Positions 37,802-49,160 of a stretch of DNA of 64,000 bases are shown here, in pieces. The notes beneath the pieces are model-generated. The model was not told the DNA's origin. It did no database searches and was given only the letters and a program-made list of their open reading frames with translations. The position numbers were made by a program, and so were the translations under genes. Source of the stretch: Setoptus koraiensis (lineage: Eukaryota; Animalia; Arthropoda). How positions within the stretch are numbered: position 1 is the first letter of the stretch; every line of letters starts with the position of its first letter. The DNA lies in the NCBI GenBank assembly GCA_048013815.1, contig CM106586.1:15996001-16060000 (forward strand). Reading direction: 5' to 3'.

Positions 37802-40800
37802 AAAGTAACGGCGCGCGGCATGACGGTGCGGCCAGTTGATGCCGGACCCGCGCTAATATATATATATTTGATTATATTATTATATTGCGTTGCGTAATGT
37901 ATTGTGTGATGCAATTGTGTGTGCGCTGTTGTACACAATGAAGCGTGTTATAATGCATAACGGTATTTACGCGGCACGCGGCAAGCTAGCAGTGCGGCCA
38001 TTGCGCAACTGGCCTCTTTTGACCGCCCGTGAGTGTGTGTGTGTGTTTGTGTTTGCGTAAACACAAATATTACGCAATATTGCTAGTTGTCGTCGTCGTC
38101 GTCGTCGTCGGCGGCGGCGGCGCTGGCGAGCTGCACACGACAGCGGCCACGAGAGGCTCTGCCGAGCCGAGTGCTCGTGTGATTGACACAACGCAACACG
38201 ACGCAACGCAACACGACGCAACGCAACACGACGCAACACGACGCAACACGACGCAACGCAACACGGTGCACGTAGCGCGTGCAGCCCAACACGTACTCGC
38301 GTAATCATGACTTGCCAATCTTTGCGATATTTCTCGCTCATTTACTGCACGCTCTTGTGTGCACAGGCGGATCCGTGCATCTGTCCGCGGGCCGACACAC
38401 GGGCCAAGAGATACACGGATACACCTACACATCTCTTACATATATTACCGTCGGCCAGCCGCCGCGTCGGGCCGGCCTCGCACAGCCACTGGCCGCGGGC
38501 AGTAGCACAGCGCACACAGTGCGGGCCCAATGGGCTTGTGGGCGCAACCGGAACACGAGAATCTCCGTACCGGGGCCGGGGCGCGGGTGTTGGCCGGCCC
38601 GGCCCCGTTCGTGCAAATTAGCCCGACTCGCCGCACCGGCAGCGCTCTTTTAAGCCGACACTAGGCGGCTACTGGGTCCCGAATGCAGACGCTACATGTG
38701 TCGCTCGGTGAGTTATGAGAAAGTGCCACTCATGCAAAAACTGGCGCTCCGCTCGTCGGCTAGAGGCGCGCAGGGGGACACTTTTTGAGCACAAACACAC
38801 ATACGACAGGGGGCGCCCGTACCCGATTATTGTACCGTGGCACGGCGGTTGCAGCGGTGCAATGATAACCGCAACATAACGGTGCGTCCGCACCGTTGGC
38901 ACCGCGTGCAACGTGTAACCATTACGCAAAACATGAGCCGTGTGCGCGCCCGGTTTTTCCGCTTTGCGCACCGCTCACAACTCGTCAGAGAAACTGCTCG
39001 TTGGCGAGCCGGTTCGGGCTGGCTCACCCTGCCGTTTGCTGTGCCCAGGGGCCGGCGGCGGACCGCGGATCAGCCGCTCGAATCGGGCGCCCGCCGGCCC
39101 GACCTTCCCGTTGGCCCCACGTTCCCGTTGGCGCAATTGATCCCGCGCGGCCCGCGCACACGTCGAGCGGTCGCAGGCCAGGGGCACCCTCGGCGCGCCA
39201 TTGTCTGTCGGAGGCGTCGCGGGCCGGCGAGCGGGCGCAAGTACCCGGTCAGCCGGTTACAACTCTATCACTGTATCTATTGTTGCGCGCATTGTTTGCC
39301 CGCGAGCAAGCAAACAAAAGAGGGCGCACATTGGCACAGTGCGCACCATCGTGGTCAGTGGCCACTCACCTTGTGCCCCCAGGTAGTACCTACACTGCAC
39401 GGTAGGGGCTAGGTGTGTGCGCTATTGTCTATTAATGGCACAAATGCAAATAGTGCGCATAAATCGCCCTCAACCGGCAAAATATGCGCACTATTTGCGC
39501 ACGTGGCGCACAACTCGTGACGATATTATGCAGCGATCGCCCGGGTCTAGCTGGCCAGCCATCGAATCAATCATGCTGTTTATGCGCGATTGGCCAGCGA
39601 CAATCACAATCAATCTACTTCACTCAATCACCCGAAATGGGCGCGTCAGTGGCGATAATTGATCCCCTTTGCTTATTGATTGTTCATTTTGGGCCGGCCC
39701 GGCTGCCTCGCGGCACGCGTAACGCGCCCGATTCGGGACCGATGACCCGTTTGAAATGCCCGCGCCATGCAGCGGGTGACCCAGTCGGTCGGACAAACTC
39801 TTTCGCCCGTGACCCGCACACTTTAGCGGTCAGCCTGCGCCGGCCACACTCTGACCGGTGTCGGCGCGACCCGCGGGCCCGCAGCTCGCCGGCAAGCTCG
39901 CGGCGGGCCTAGCGCGCCCGACCAGCGCGATGCAAGTTTTCTCGCTCGCTTTGGTCGCTTGGCGGCCCGCTTCGGTCGCTCTTTGGCTCGAATCGGTGGC
40001 CCTCTGGCTCGAATCGGTCGATTTCCGGCCCGCCATGCTCGGGCCGAGCGCACGCTGGGCGCGCCCGGTGGGCGCGCCGGAGGCCCGTGCGGACAATCCA
40101 ACAACAAGTTGCTGGTGGGCGTGCGCTGCGACAAGTTACGTGTCGCGCTGTCCTGCCCTGCAACAGCGCTGGCCGGGTCGAGTCAACGACCGCCGCTCGG
40201 GTAACCCGAGTCGGGTTATTGACTCGGCACCGTCCGCCCGAATCAATAGTTATAACGACTCCGCGTGCCGTGCGTGCGTTGATTGGGCACCTTGAGAGGG
40301 CACCTTGAGAGGGCGAATTGGGCACCTTGAGAGGGCGAACTGGGCTCCTTGAGGGAGCAAATTGGGCAATTGCCCGATTCGCTCATGCGACCAGTGACAG
40401 GCCGATGTCGCGAGTCAAGCGCGACCGAGGGGCTCGTTTTCGTTCGTTGGGATGACGCAACGACAACAGTGTGTCAATGTTTGTCAAGTTTGCTGTCAGC
40501 TCGCAATAACTCACATATAACTCGCTCAACAAATAAATAAACAACAAAATCCCTGTTTGTTTGTGAATTCAATTTGCGCAATAGTTGCTGTCATTGGGCC
40601 AATGTCAAACGCTTGTCACACGTCAAGTGTTTTTAGTGGGCATTTTGCAGCACGAATTTGACAGCCCGTGGCGCGTCAAACAATCAGCTGGTCGCCGATG
40701 CGGGCTGGCAAGCGCGTGGTGCAAATTTGCATACATCACCGATGACGTAACTAATGCCGATGTACTGTGCAATCATTGTGTAATATAAATCATCGGTTTG

Positions 40801-41250
40801 TTCACCATACAATCAATGCAATTGCTCGTGTGACAATTGCAAACGGTTCGTAGCTTGCTGTTTTTGACGCTACTAACCCTGTAGTAAGTAATAACACTGT
40901 ATTGAACGCTGTTGTGTTGTTAGTCTTGTCGAGCATGCGACAATCATCGCAGCGATTGCATAACTTTATTAGCCAACTAATCAATTTAAACAATTGTCGA
41001 CAAAACAATTGCTGACATGCTAATTGGAGGCTATTCGGTGCGCTGCAAATGCACCAAAAAACAACAACTGACCCTGATTTCCTAATTGAATCGGGCGAGC
41101 GGGCCCAAATCAGGCAGCTCAAATCAATTAGCCTGCTCATGGAATCATAACTACTTATCAAGTCAATCAGCCGTTATCGCTAATTATGAGCCAGAATCTG
41201 TCGCCAACTGAAACTGGCTCTCTGGTGCTGACAAAACCGCTCGCAAACCG

Positions 41251-41317
41251 CCCATTCGCGCCCATTCGCGCCCATTCGCGCCCATTCGCGCCCATTCGCG
41301 CCCATTCGCGCCCATTC
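41251..41317. repeat. 10-nt tandem repeat (CCCATTCGCG) x6.7
   Basis: Six perfect copies plus a partial. Confidence 0.95.
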
Positions 41318-42348
41318 AGAGCCCGTCTGAACGTCCCGTGCGACACCCTTCCGAACGCGTGCAAAACCGTCTGAATTCGAGCAGATCCGAGCCTGTCTTG
41401 GGGGCTCTCTGTCCGCGAAAACAGGGCCACGACCGAAGCAAAATCGGGCATGTTCAACGGGATCTCCCATACCGAGTATGTGTCGACTCTCTGGTTGAGC
41501 ACCCAACGTGAGCACCCAACGTGAGCACCCAATGCGAGCACCCGAACAAGAACGCTGCAAGTTGCAGGCCAGAACTGCCCTGAAATGATCCGAATGAGCG
41601 AGCCAACGGAAATGGCAGCAGGGGCGCATTGGGCAAACGCGAACAAAAAGGGGATTTTGTTCACTTCGATTCTGCGGCTGCTGCCCGCTGATTGCTCGTC
41701 CAGCTCGAACTTGGGCAAGTCTACAATTGATATCCGGATAATTGAGCTGGCTCGTGACAAGCGGCCAGCCAGAGGACGGTCGCCGAGTGCCGAGTTGAAC
41801 TACACACTGTGTACGGATGGATTTGGCAGCCAGATTTTGGGCCAGCCAAAATTTGCCAAAATTGCCCAAAATTGGCCACCGACTGAAAGGGGCCCCAATG
41901 TAGACAACGATCTAGATTTTGGCTGTGCGATGGCAATTGGCAACGGTGAGCAGCGGTTCATGGGGCGAGTTAGTTAACGAGTGGACGGTTCAACAAAACA
42001 GCGCCCAGGTCAAACAGCAACCGCTGGACAATGCAGCAACTGTCGCCATACAAGTTGTATGACGACAGGCACGATATTACATAACTGATTGTAGCTAAAT
42101 GTTGTGAGCGCAATGCCGGTGGCAAGCTCACCTGAATTGGTCATGTCTGGCACGTTTTGTGGGGCGCACACCATGATATAACACACGACCAATTCAGTGG
42201 CTACTGTTATGGCTGAGATAAGGGGCGACACACACACACACAGGCCCAAACAGAGACAAAACAAACTTGATTTATCTGACATTCGCAACCAACAACAATG
42301 ACGTAATCATTTCGCTAGTGATCTCGGCGGCTCGCTGCTGCTCGTTGT

Positions 42349-42465
42349 TGCTTGGTTGCGCATTGTTGTTGTCGCTGTCGTTGTTGCTGTCGTCGCTGTT
42401 GTTGTCGCTGTTGTTGTCGCTGTTGTTGTCGCTGTTGTTGTTGTCGTTGTCGCTGTTGTTGCCGC

Positions 42466-42525
<60 letters not shown>

Positions 42526-42545
42526 CGCTGTTGTTGTTGTTGTTG
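42349..42545. repeat. (GTT/GTC/GCT)n microsatellite
   Basis: Read directly; opposite orientation to the CAA tracts. Confidence 0.92.
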
Positions 42546-43018
42546 GGATGCCGAGAGCAGCGCGTGCCTACGTGCACGCGAAAGCAAAAGTGGGAGCAAA
42601 AGTGAAAGTGAAAGCGAAAGTACGAGCAAAAGTATAAGTGCAAGTGTCGTTGGCTGAATTGAGTTCAGCCGAGTCGAGTTGCGACTCGCGGGTTCATTCA
42701 AGCAAGATGACGCGCGGGCCGCTTCCTCCCGGCGCCGTCCGCCGACCACTGCCCAGTAGACAGTGTCCACTGACCGCTGTCCGTCGGCCGGACTTTGTCT
42801 GGGCCCCATCTATCTACTTGCGAGTGTGTGTGTGTGCTTGTAAAATTCAATTAAACTGGGCCGGAAAATTCTTGGCTCGTGCGCTGTGTGCTACAGCGCC
42901 CGCTGTCAGCGCGGGTATTAACAACTCTCGATTAGTATCGTCACCGGAGGGCCGCGAACGGGCGAGACGAACGGGCGCGGGCGGGCGGGCGCGGACGGGC
43001 CGGCGCAGACGGGCGGGT

Positions 43019-43082
43019 GAGACAGCAAGAGACAGCAAGAGACAGCAAGAGACGGCAAGAGACGGCAAGAGACGGCAAGAGA
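43019..43082. repeat. 10-nt tandem repeat GAGACAGCAA x3 then GAGACGGCAA x3
   Basis: Variant copies are clustered; read directly. Confidence 0.9.
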
Positions 43083-46079
43083 CGTTGCGGGCATGTATAA
43101 ATATCTTGTGGAGAGATATATATATAAACATCTCTGGCCATGTCGGGGCCAGAATAATCGGCCCGCACACGCCATCGGCACGAGCGCGGGCCCCGAAACG
43201 ATGCGACAGCCATGGATACTGATGAATTGGGGTCACTCGTGTTACGCAATGGGCGCCAGCGGACAGACAAGACAATGGCAGTTGTTGTTTTGCGAGCAAC
43301 AACAATGCGATTGTGCGCTTGTGTTTGTGCATTGTTGATGTCGATCTAGATTCATTTGTTATTATTTTTATAATAGAGATTCGCTGCAGATTCGCGCTGC
43401 CGCTGACAGTGCTCGCCGGCGGTAGTGGGAGTAGCGGTGGTTGCGGTTGTGGTTGCGGTTGCGACTCGGAATAAACGGGCTCGAAACTCGGAATAAACGC
43501 GCTCGCAACTCGGAATAAACGCGCTCGCAACTCGGAATAAACATGGCGTAATAACGGCACAACCACCAAAACAATATTAATGCCGCTACGTGCCGCTCGC
43601 CAACGCGCGCCAGCGATGACACGAGATGCGCCATATCGCACCACGTATTTGGCCCATCAAACAATTTGTGTCCGCGTGCCCGCGTGTCCGTGCGCTCAAT
43701 CCGACCCGCGCGGACAGGTGATTTGATATCACGATCGCATGCCGCGTTGGGGCCCGTTGTCGCGATCGGCTGGCGCACAGTTGCCGGCCCACGTCAATGG
43801 CCGGCCGACACGCCGTCAGCCGGCTCGCCGGGTAACCGCGGGCTGGCGTTAGCGTAAACTCGCTCGAAACCGCAACTCAAAATTGCCAAAATTGCCAGCT
43901 CTGACAACTCTGCCCACTTGGCCCAACCCGAGCGACCGTTCGGCGGCGGACCCGGCGCCGGCAAGCCCGCCGCAGCCAGTCGACGAGTCCATCAGCTGGC
44001 ATGTCGGGCCAAAACAAGTCGCACGCATCGGCGGGTATCTGCGTGCGGCGGTATCTGCGTAGACACCATTGCATGCATGTAATATTTGCGGGCCAAACCG
44101 GCAAATATTATCAACGTGTCGCCGCGTCCGCTCACCTGTGCACCGCCCGCCCAATGGTCGCCTCGCCGGTCACCGGCCCGTCACCGGCGTCCGCGTCACC
44201 GGCCCGTCGCTGGCGTGCGCGTCACAAGCTCAGAGCGAACTAGCTCTAATTGTAAGTTGGATGCTCGAGCCAAGTGCCTCTAACAAACGTAAGCGCCGGA
44301 TCTAGCCGCCGCGGGCCCAACTGGCGCTGACTGTCGGTGTAAATTAGAACCCAAAGATGATTAAGTCGGCCATCGACGCGGCCTCAAAACGACGCCCCGA
44401 GTTAATCCGGCGCCCACGAACGAAATGATTAAAAGTCGGCGCGGGCGGAGAAAGAATTCGTGGCTCCAATCACCGATTGATTGCATCCCGATCTTGATTG
44501 GCACTTTGCAATGGGACGCATGGCAAGCGCACTAAATGGGAAATTGTCGCAATTGTTGTTGCAAATAACAAGCGCACGCCCAATGGTAAACGGGCGGCGG
44601 GCACGCACGAATTTCTGCAATTATACGATCTTCGCAAAGACGCTGCTCGCGTTCTGCGCACCACCGCTTCTAGGTTCTCCTTGGCCGCGACGATCGAGCC
44701 TTGTCAGCTCGATCGATCTGAGGTACACGTTTCAGAACCTTTTGCTTGTGTGCTGTCATTGTTGGCGCCAAAGGGGCCCCAAAAATGACTTACAAGACTG
44801 TGTTTGGGGGGGGGGCGCACACTTAGAATTGCCTGGAATTGCCAATTGTCGCCCGCCGAGCAGTTATCAAATGGCAATTGATCAAATCAATTGTTGTCAA
44901 ATCAATGGCTCGCCAGCCAGGCAACAGCCAAAGAAAGAATCCATTTTTGTTTGTTGGTGGGGCACCCGGTGGCCGCTAATGACAAACACACACACTGCAA
45001 CTGACAAGGTTGGCTTGCCTCACTTGAGGGGCCCCCGCCAGATCGCGCAGCCTCGCTTTGCCTGGGCGCTGGCGCATCAATTTCAGCGAGATAAAAGCGC
45101 TCAATTTGCCAGATTTGAATAAAGCTGCTGGTGGGGCCGCCATCTTGGCTGGCTTGTCGGCGTGATCGATGCCAGCATTCCAGCAACTGTTCCAAATGGG
45201 GCCCCATTGTCAGCGCACGGGCATTCAAGCGACGCGAGGCGCCCGCATGCGAGCAATTTGAATTTTTTCGTCAAATTAATCATGCGCCCGACAGACGATG
45301 CAATTGTCACTTATTAAATTCTTTCACTGGTCTCGTTTGCCGAATTGTGCCGGCGATTGCAATGGGCCGCTGGCTGGCACTGCGGGCCGCAGTTGCAGTG
45401 CCAGCCACTGGCCCATTGACAGCTATTGGCTTTGTGCCGCTGCCTACATTTATTTATATTCATTTTGGGGCCCGATGATTGGGCCTTGGTGCGGGCGCGC
45501 GCTGGCCGGCGAGCGGGCCCCAAAGTGGCGCGTTTATCCGTTTGTGCGCCCATTGTGGCGCTTGCTTGCAGCCCTGCAAACACTATTGACTCAATGGGCA
45601 ATCATTGGTTACCGGGGCGCCTGTTGAAAAGGGGCCCAGAAAATGATCTAGGCTAGATTACTTTCTGAAATTGCCAATTGGGGCCGGCTCGCTGTCGGCG
45701 AATGCAGCGCTGCACTGCGGTCAGCCACTCGATGACTTGCTTCTTTTTGCAAACAAACCTGTTTGCACAAGCCGTGGAAGCAGTGCATTGATTGCACTGT
45801 TGGATAGAGTGGGGGCACCTGAGCTGCCCAGGCTCGTGCAAGCCCGCAATTACGCAACGTGCGGGACCATCGCGCACGCGGACGGGCTCAAGTGAGTGAC
45901 AAGATGTTGTCGTCGCTCATTTATCGGCTCGCAGCGGCCCCATCGGGTCACCACTCACATCTTGCCGGTCCGACACACTGTGTCGGGCCGGTGGGCGCCC
46001 ACTGATGCGCGCCCGCCCGGCTCACTTGTGACGGGCCCCATAATGCGATATTGTTGGGCATCGCCTCAATGTCGGCCGG

Positions 46080-46168
46080 GCCCGCGAATGGGCCGGCCAA
46101 TGAATTGGCCCGCGAATGGGCCGGCCAATGAATTGGCCCGTGAATGGGCCGGCCAATGAATTGGCCGC
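46080..46168. repeat. ~28-nt tandem repeat (GGCCCGCGAATGGGCCGGCCAATGAATT) x3
   Basis: Each junction forms the near-palindrome GGCCAAT-GA-ATTGGCC. Confidence 0.88.
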
Positions 46169-47212
46169 CCGAGCAACCTGGCCGAATGCCAACCGACCTG
46201 CTCGTGAACCAGTGACGCAATTATATCAATGTGCGCCCGTCTATTTGTCGCGCGCGGCCCGCGAATCGGATAAATGTTTGTGATTAGGTGCAATTATGGT
46301 GCGGCACACAACTGACCGAGAACGGCTTGTGGTCGCTTGTCGACTCGCTGCAAACTCACCTCTCTATCTTTTTATCTAATGAGCCGACCAAATTGAGTTT
46401 GATGGGCCCAATCACGATGGCCGGCGAGCGGCCGCAATTGGTCAGCTGTTGGCGCGCTGTATAATATATGCTGACAACAACGACACTGCCCGGCACAATT
46501 TGCCGGCAGTTCGAGCTCGATGATGGGGGGCACAGACGAACGAAGGAAGCTCGTTAGACAGCAACGGTATTGTGCGCGCTCTTACGTCATTATTTCGTCT
46601 TGGCTGGTCAGCGGCGGCCTCGTTGCTCATGCTTCAGCTGGTTTGTTGTTGCGCGTCACTTGGCACCGCTGTGCGCACTTGGCACACAAATGTGACCGAC
46701 TGCATTACCCGCGCGGGCCCCGTTACCTGGATGCGGCCCCCGTCGCAGGTAGTTGCCGGTTGTGGCGGGTAGTTGCCGGTTGTGGCGGGTTGTCGCCGGT
46801 CGATGTTGCGCGACACAATAAGCACACAGGTATGGGCAATTTGTGGCCGGCTGTTGATTGTGGGCCACAATTTGTGGCCCGTCGGTTGTTTGTTGCACGG
46901 GTCAGTCCGGCCAACTGTGAGAGCGGGCCACGACTCGGCCGGCCCGAGACTCTGCTCGAACGGTTCGAGTCAAACCTCGCTCGCTACCCATGTCCGGTCG
47001 GTGATTACAGCGACCGACACAGAATGAAGAATGGAATACAGATAGCGAGAGATATCGCCGCCGATAACATTATTATATTGTGAGGCCGGCACGCGGTACC
47101 GCGGGGGCCGCATTAGCGTGCCGGTCGAATGGGCCGACACCGCGGCTACCGTCGCTGTCGAGCGGCCGGCCGACCGACCGAGCCAGATTTCTGTGAAATC
47201 GAGCACGCTTGC

Positions 47213-47300
47213 CAACGGATCGCCAACGGATTGCCGACGGATCGCCAACGGATTGCCAACGGACCGCCAACGGATCGCCGACGGATCGCCGACGGAATTC
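47213..47300. repeat. 11-nt tandem repeat (GCCAACGGATC-like) x~8
   Basis: Read directly. Confidence 0.85.
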
Positions 47301-49100
47301 GCCAGATCAGAGTTGGTGCGGCAATTGTAAATTCGAAATTGCGCGCATTAGCAGCACATTTGCACTGTCGGTCGCGGCGCTCGAAATGGGGCCAGCGAGC
47401 TTGTCTATTTATTTGTTGAGCAATTTACTGGTGCGGGGTCACGGGCAAAACCGAAGAGCGGAAAAACTGCAAACTTTGCAGCGCCAAGAGTCAGACGGAG
47501 TGACACCCAAACAATTGGCCAAGCCCGCCATCTAGACACACCATGAACAGTGTTGCATGAGTGGGGGCCCCATTTAGCTGTAACGATTATCATGCAATGT
47601 AACAGTTGTAATCTTAGTCGATGGTCGTTGCCGATAACGATGCCAGTCGATGGTGCAAGTTAAATGGATGATGCGCTCGAGCGGCCGGTTAAACGATGAT
47701 ATATTATCATGTATTCTCGCCGGCCGAAGCCGGCCAAAAGCGTTGCCGTTTGAGCCGAACACCATTTCCATATTGAGCCGGCTCAAATAAGCCGGCCAGG
47801 ATATGGATGTAACCGGACAGATATCATCAGGCCGTTCTGCTACACTGACCCGCCGATGCGCGGCCCAGTCCCGCCGATGCGCGCCCAGTCCGGTCCGGTC
47901 CGGTCCGGTGGCAAACAAGCCGACCAACACTGGCCGTGTGCGGCCCAAATGACCCGCACGCGGCAAGAAACAACAACGCCCGACGCGGGCCGCCACATCG
48001 GGCTGCCCGATCTCAGCCCAAGAGGGGCCCGCGGAAAGGCGGCAAAATAAATAATAATAACAAGCCACGAACAAGTCGATAAGTGTTGTCGACGCATCGC
48101 TCGCTCGTCGCAACTTTTGCTCAGATTACAATCTTGGCCCGACGCGCCCAACGCAAACATTGGCGCCGAGCGGCCCCAACGGATTGATCGCGAGCGGATC
48201 GGGCCGCGCTATCAGTGTTGCATCGCTAATATATTCCGACGCGATTCTCACTCGTCATGAGGCCTGACGGACACGCCGACGAGACAACCTGCGTTACGCA
48301 AGTTGTACAGGCAGCGCACCCAAGTGTTGCCGAAATGGGGGCCGAGCATGGGGCCCGCCGTCGGCCGCAAACACCACGCAATCGGCAATTGGCTAGGTGA
48401 GCGCGGTCGACAGTCTGGCCGCTAGTTGACGGTCTGGCCGACAGTTGATACTTTGGTGCCTCAAACATGGGCCGGCGGCAATGTGGGCCGCTCATCGAAA
48501 CAAAAGAATAACTCAATAAAACTTGATTGCATCATTGCATTATCAATTTAGTCGCAAATTGCATTGTGTCGGCGGGGCACGACTTATATCACTGTGTGAA
48601 TCGCGTTTGAATCGGTGTCGTGACGTCTTGCGGACGAAGCTGCAGGCACACTGTATTCACAAGTGGATATACCCGGTATATCATATACGATTGCACGATG
48701 CGCGACGCACATGTGCATCGAAGGGGGCGCGATGCCCGGCCCCGGGCCCGGCAAGTGAACAGAGTGGCTAGATTGCAATCGTATCACATCTAATCTCATC
48801 GGATGGAATTGAATTGCGCTCCATGGTCGCGGCTGCATAATGCCTTTTTTCTCCCTTTTTGCCCCACTCTCTGTCTGGTTATCGGGTCCGCCTGGGTCCG
48901 CCCGGGTCGTCGGGCTATCGGGCCGCCTGGGCCCGCGACACGTCCGAGCCAGCGGGCCGTCGGGCGGTCGGCAGCAACGGGCCGGGCGCGGGTGTTGCGG
49001 GCACTTGTGGGCTCGCCGTAATTGCAGCGGCCGCAATGATGTTTGCCATGTTTATATTGCAGTCAGCATTGTTTTTAATCGCGCCTCGCGGGGCCCCGCA

Positions 49101-49160
49101 AATATACTGGCGAATATACTGGCGAATATACTGGCGAATATACTGGCGAATATACTGGCG
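49101..49160. repeat. 12-nt tandem repeat (AATATACTGGCG) x5, perfect
   Basis: Read directly. Confidence 0.95.

Noticed and set aside
36963-40325. Long ORFs (275, 262, 191, 169 aa)
   Set aside because: Created by the 15-nt array and GC richness; no homology recognised.
40875-40884. ACCCTGTAG resembling the miR-10 5' end
   Set aside because: Match ends after 9 nt and there is no precursor hairpin.
46955-46971. GGTTCGAGTC B-box-like motif
   Set aside because: Part of the small palindrome CTCGAAC-G-GTTCGAG; no tRNA fold or A box.
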